DNA of 32,000 nt from Mycoplasma mycoides subsp. capri (GTDB lineage Bacteria; Bacillota_I; Bacilli_A; Mycoplasmatales; Mycoplasmataceae). Positions within the stretch are counted from its first letter, which is position 1. Every line of letters starts with the position of its first letter. Shown here piece after piece: positions 28,959-32,000 of the stretch. Made by a program: the position numbers and the translations under genes. The stretch lies in contig NZ_CP065581.1 in the NCBI RefSeq assembly GCF_018389705.1, positions 990,001-1,022,000 on the forward strand, given 5' to 3'. A model generated the notes under the pieces. It made no database searches, had not been told where the DNA came from, and saw nothing but the letters and a program-made list of their open reading frames with translations.

Positions 28959-31223
28959 TTATCTATTATTTTCGTTATCTACATTAAGATAATTATCATC
29001 AAAGTTATCATTGAAATTATCAATAAAACTATTTAAGGCCTCATCTAGTTCACTTATTACTTTTAATTCAGATTCAATGTGTTTAAAATGTTCTTTAAGT
29101 GAAGGTTCTAAACTATATCTAATTTTATTGGTAATATTAGGTTTTATATGAGCTAATGCTTTATTTCATTCTCCCATTGTAACAATTATTTCATTTACTA
29201 AATCAACAGACGTATTGATTTCTTTATCAATATTAATTGGTTCTTTATTTCTGATTTCATCAATGGTATCTTGCATATGTTCAACTTCTTGTTTTAGAAT
29301 AATTTTTTTGTTTAAAATATCATCTATTTCAGATAGAAGTTTTCTATTTTCTTTTTCTGTTTTTTCAATTTCTTCTTCTAAATTACTTTGTGTAATCATA
29401 TTTGCAGCGATTTGTTTTTTAATATCTTTTTTATCAGACTCATATTCTTGCAATAGTTTTTCAATTTCACCTTGAGTAGCTAGAAGAGATTCTTTATCTT
29501 TATTTAATTGTTCAATTTCTTTTTGTTTGTCCTTTATTTCTTTTTCTAGACTTTCTTTTGTTAAGCTAAATTCCATTTTATCAATTTTAGATTCTAATTC
29601 TTTTAGCTCTGATTCTTTTTTAGTTTTCTCCAAATTAAGTTCTTCTATTCTTTGTTTAGATAAAGATGCTTGTCTTTCTAAATCTTTAGTTCTTTGGCTT
29701 AAATCTTTTGTTTCACTAATTAGAGTTTTATGTTCTTGCTCTTTTGTTTTAAGTTCTTTTCTAATTTCTTTTTGTTTGTGTTCTTTTTTTCTAATTTCAA
29801 TTTCAAACACTTTAGTTTCAATTTTTAAATTTTCTTTGTAAGAATCGGTTCTATCATATTCTAATTCAAGTACATAATCTTGATCTTTTAGACTTTTTAT
29901 AGTTTTTTGTTTTTCAGCAAGTTTTTTTCTTAATCTTTCTATCTCTTTTTCAATTATATTTTTGTTTTTTTCAACTTCTTTAATCTTTTTTTCTAGTTCT
30001 TGACTAACTTTTTCTTGTTCTTGAATTTTTGAATTTAAAATACTTATTTCAGACTCTAATTGCAAACTTTCTTGCTTTTTAAAATTATTTTCATTATTAA
30101 TATTTTCAATTTTTTTCTGTTTTTCTTTTAATTCATTTTGTTTTTCTAAATTATTGTTTCTTGAAGTTTTTAATTCTGATTCTAAACTACTTACTTGTTC
30201 TTTTAATCTATTTATTGTTTGTTCATTTTTAGTTATTTCAGATTTTATTTGAGTTAATTTATCTTGTTTTTCTTTTAATTGATTTTTTAAATCTTTATTT
30301 CAATCTTCACTTTTTTGACTATTTAAATTTTCAAATTCTGATTTTAATTGTTGAAGTTGAGCTTCTAAGTTGCTTATTAATTTATTATTTTCATCAATTT
30401 CATTTTGTTTTTGTTGAAGTTCATTTTTAATTCTTTCTTGTTCTGATTTAACATTAATTAGCTGACTTTCAGCAACACTAATTTTTGCTTCAATATCACT
30501 TAGTTTACTTTTTTCTGAATCAAATTGTTTTTTTAGTATTTTACTTTCTTTTTTTAAATTATCAATTTGAGAGTTCAATAAATTGATTTTTTCGTTGTAT
30601 TTTTTGATATCTGATAATTTTTGATTTAAGATTAAGTATTTTCAATTACTTTTCTGAACTATTGATTCAAGTTTATATATTTCATCACTAAATGACTTTT
30701 TAACATTTTCTAATTCTGATTTTTCTTTATTTATTTTTTCATTTTTAGCAAATAGATCTTCTAATTCTTTTTCTTTTTTAAAAAATTCATTTAGTATAGT
30801 TTTAAGAAGCCTTTTATTTTCTTTTATTTGTTCTTCTAATTTTTTTATTTCATTTTCTTTTAACGAAATATTTTGGTTATCAAGTTTTATTTCACTATTA
30901 ATCTTTACAAGATCAGCATCCAATTTATTTAATCTATTTTTATTTGTCTTGCCTTTATCATTAAGACTATTAATATTAGCATCTAAATTATTAATTTGAT
31001 TAGTTAGTTCATTTTTTTTGTTTTCACTATCATTTAAAATTTTTTGTATATTTTTTAATTCTAGTTCTTTAGTTTTCAACTCTTTTTTTATAGATTTAAT
31101 TTGATTTAGCATATTCTGTTCTTTAGTGTTATTTGAAACAGCTATGTTTTTATACCCAACATATCCAAGACCAGTAGCTGTAATAACACTAATAACTGCT
31201 AGTAAACTTGTTAGCTTTTTCAT
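28959..31223 (-). CDS. N-terminally membrane-anchored long coiled-coil protein (754 aa)
   Basis: Track pieces 29166..30065, 30300..30578 and 30642..31223 share one frame. I checked all junctions by hand and they contain only TGA. The N-terminus MKKLTSLLAVISVITATGLGYVGYKN has no lipobox Cys. About 650 aa of Lys/Glu/Leu/Asn/Ile heptad-like sequence follows, then an acidic Asn/Asp tail. TAA at 28959-28961. Confidence 0.8.
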
Positions 31224-31232
31224 AAAACACCT

Positions 31233-32000
31233 CTATTCAGTTAGCTCTGATACATTACTTGAAATTGCATCATATATAATTTTTTCAAGTTTTTTGATAT
31301 TATCTTTTATTTCTTTTTTAGATTGATCTAGTTTAGAGTTTAGGTCTTTAATTTCTTTGTGATTCTTATTTATTTTTTCTTGAATTGGTGTCATCTTTTT
31401 TATATATTCGTTATAGCGAACACTTAATTCTTCAGGAACTAATCATTTTTTAACAAGTTCAGAAAATGAAGATAAATCTTCTTTAAGTTCTTGATCTTTT
31501 TTAATAATTTCTGCTAGACTTTCTTTAGTAGTTTTAAAACCAAATCTAATTTGTTGTATATATTCAATTATTTTGTTTGAAGCGTTTTCTATATTAGCTT
31601 TTATTGTTGAAAGTCTTTCATGTTCTTTTTCAGCTAGATTTAAATCTCTATTTAATTGTGAAATTTTAGTTTCATACATTTCTACTTCTTTAATTAGATC
31701 CAGTATCTCATCAGCTTTTTTATCTATTTCTTCTTGTTTTTCAGTATTAGCTCTTTCTATATTTTCGTTAGTATGTTTTAGTTCTTCTATTGTTTTGTTT
31801 AAACTATCAACAACTTCTTTAACTCTTTTTAAATCATCTTTATCGTTTAACAATTCATCTTTTTTACTTGAAATTCTATTATTTATTTCTTTAATTTCAT
31901 TAGATAATTGCTTTTGTTTTTCTATAAATTCATTTTGTTCTTTAGTTAAATTAGATATTTTATTTTCTAATTCTGATTTTTGTGTTTTTAACATTAACAA
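31233..32000 (-). CDS. Coiled-coil protein, 5' end outside the window
   Basis: Track ORF 31443..32000 reads through the TGA at 31443-31445 to the TAG at 31233-31235. It has the same K/E/L/N-rich composition. Its stop lies 9 nt upstream of the next ATG, and that gap contains AGGTG. Confidence 0.75.

Noticed and set aside
29215-29841. Plus-strand ORFs 29215..29475 and 29527..29841 (Ser/Phe/Leu-rich), and likewise 31126..31326
   Set aside because: They lie antisense to the K/E-rich coiled-coil genes. AAA/GAA-rich codons automatically produce open TTT/TTC-rich antisense frames. They have no RBS and no protein-like composition.

Overview
This is a low-GC (about one quarter G+C by eye) Mollicutes-type chromosomal segment that has to be read with translation table 4 (TGA = Trp). 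Almost every conserved gene is broken only at TGA in the supplied standard-code ORF track, so I re-joined the pieces by hand. A long co-directional minus-strand block comes first: ABC-type permease (partial), YfcC/DcuC-family carrier, DUF45/YgjP HEXXH hydrolase, ychF, a DUF951 mini-gene missed by the track, rsmG, pgsA, APC permease, an S-component-like membrane protein, a second APC permease, mgtA P-type ATPase, a membrane-anchored HU-fold protein with a Pro/Glu repeat linker, an MFS transporter, a 214-aa orphan and asnA. A short plus-strand islet follows, holding a doubly frameshifted DUF3800 gene and a GC-rich structured small RNA bounded by its own promoter and terminator. Next on the minus strand are mnmG, a DAACS symporter and nox. 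A plus-strand accessory block (pncA-like amidase, DUF285-repeat lipoprotein, two tandem PAP2 phosphatase paralogs with the second frameshifted) then converges on two tandem long coiled-coil protein genes. The gene set and order resemble the origin-proximal end of a Mycoplasma mycoides-cluster genome; this is inference from memory and cannot be searched here. I saw no rRNA, tRNA, CRISPR array, transposase or integrase. The most noteworthy items are the orphan structured sRNA at 18.69-18.86 kb, the membrane-tethered HU-like protein, the two frameshift-disrupted genes, and a 25-nt in-frame module shared by three otherwise different transporter genes.
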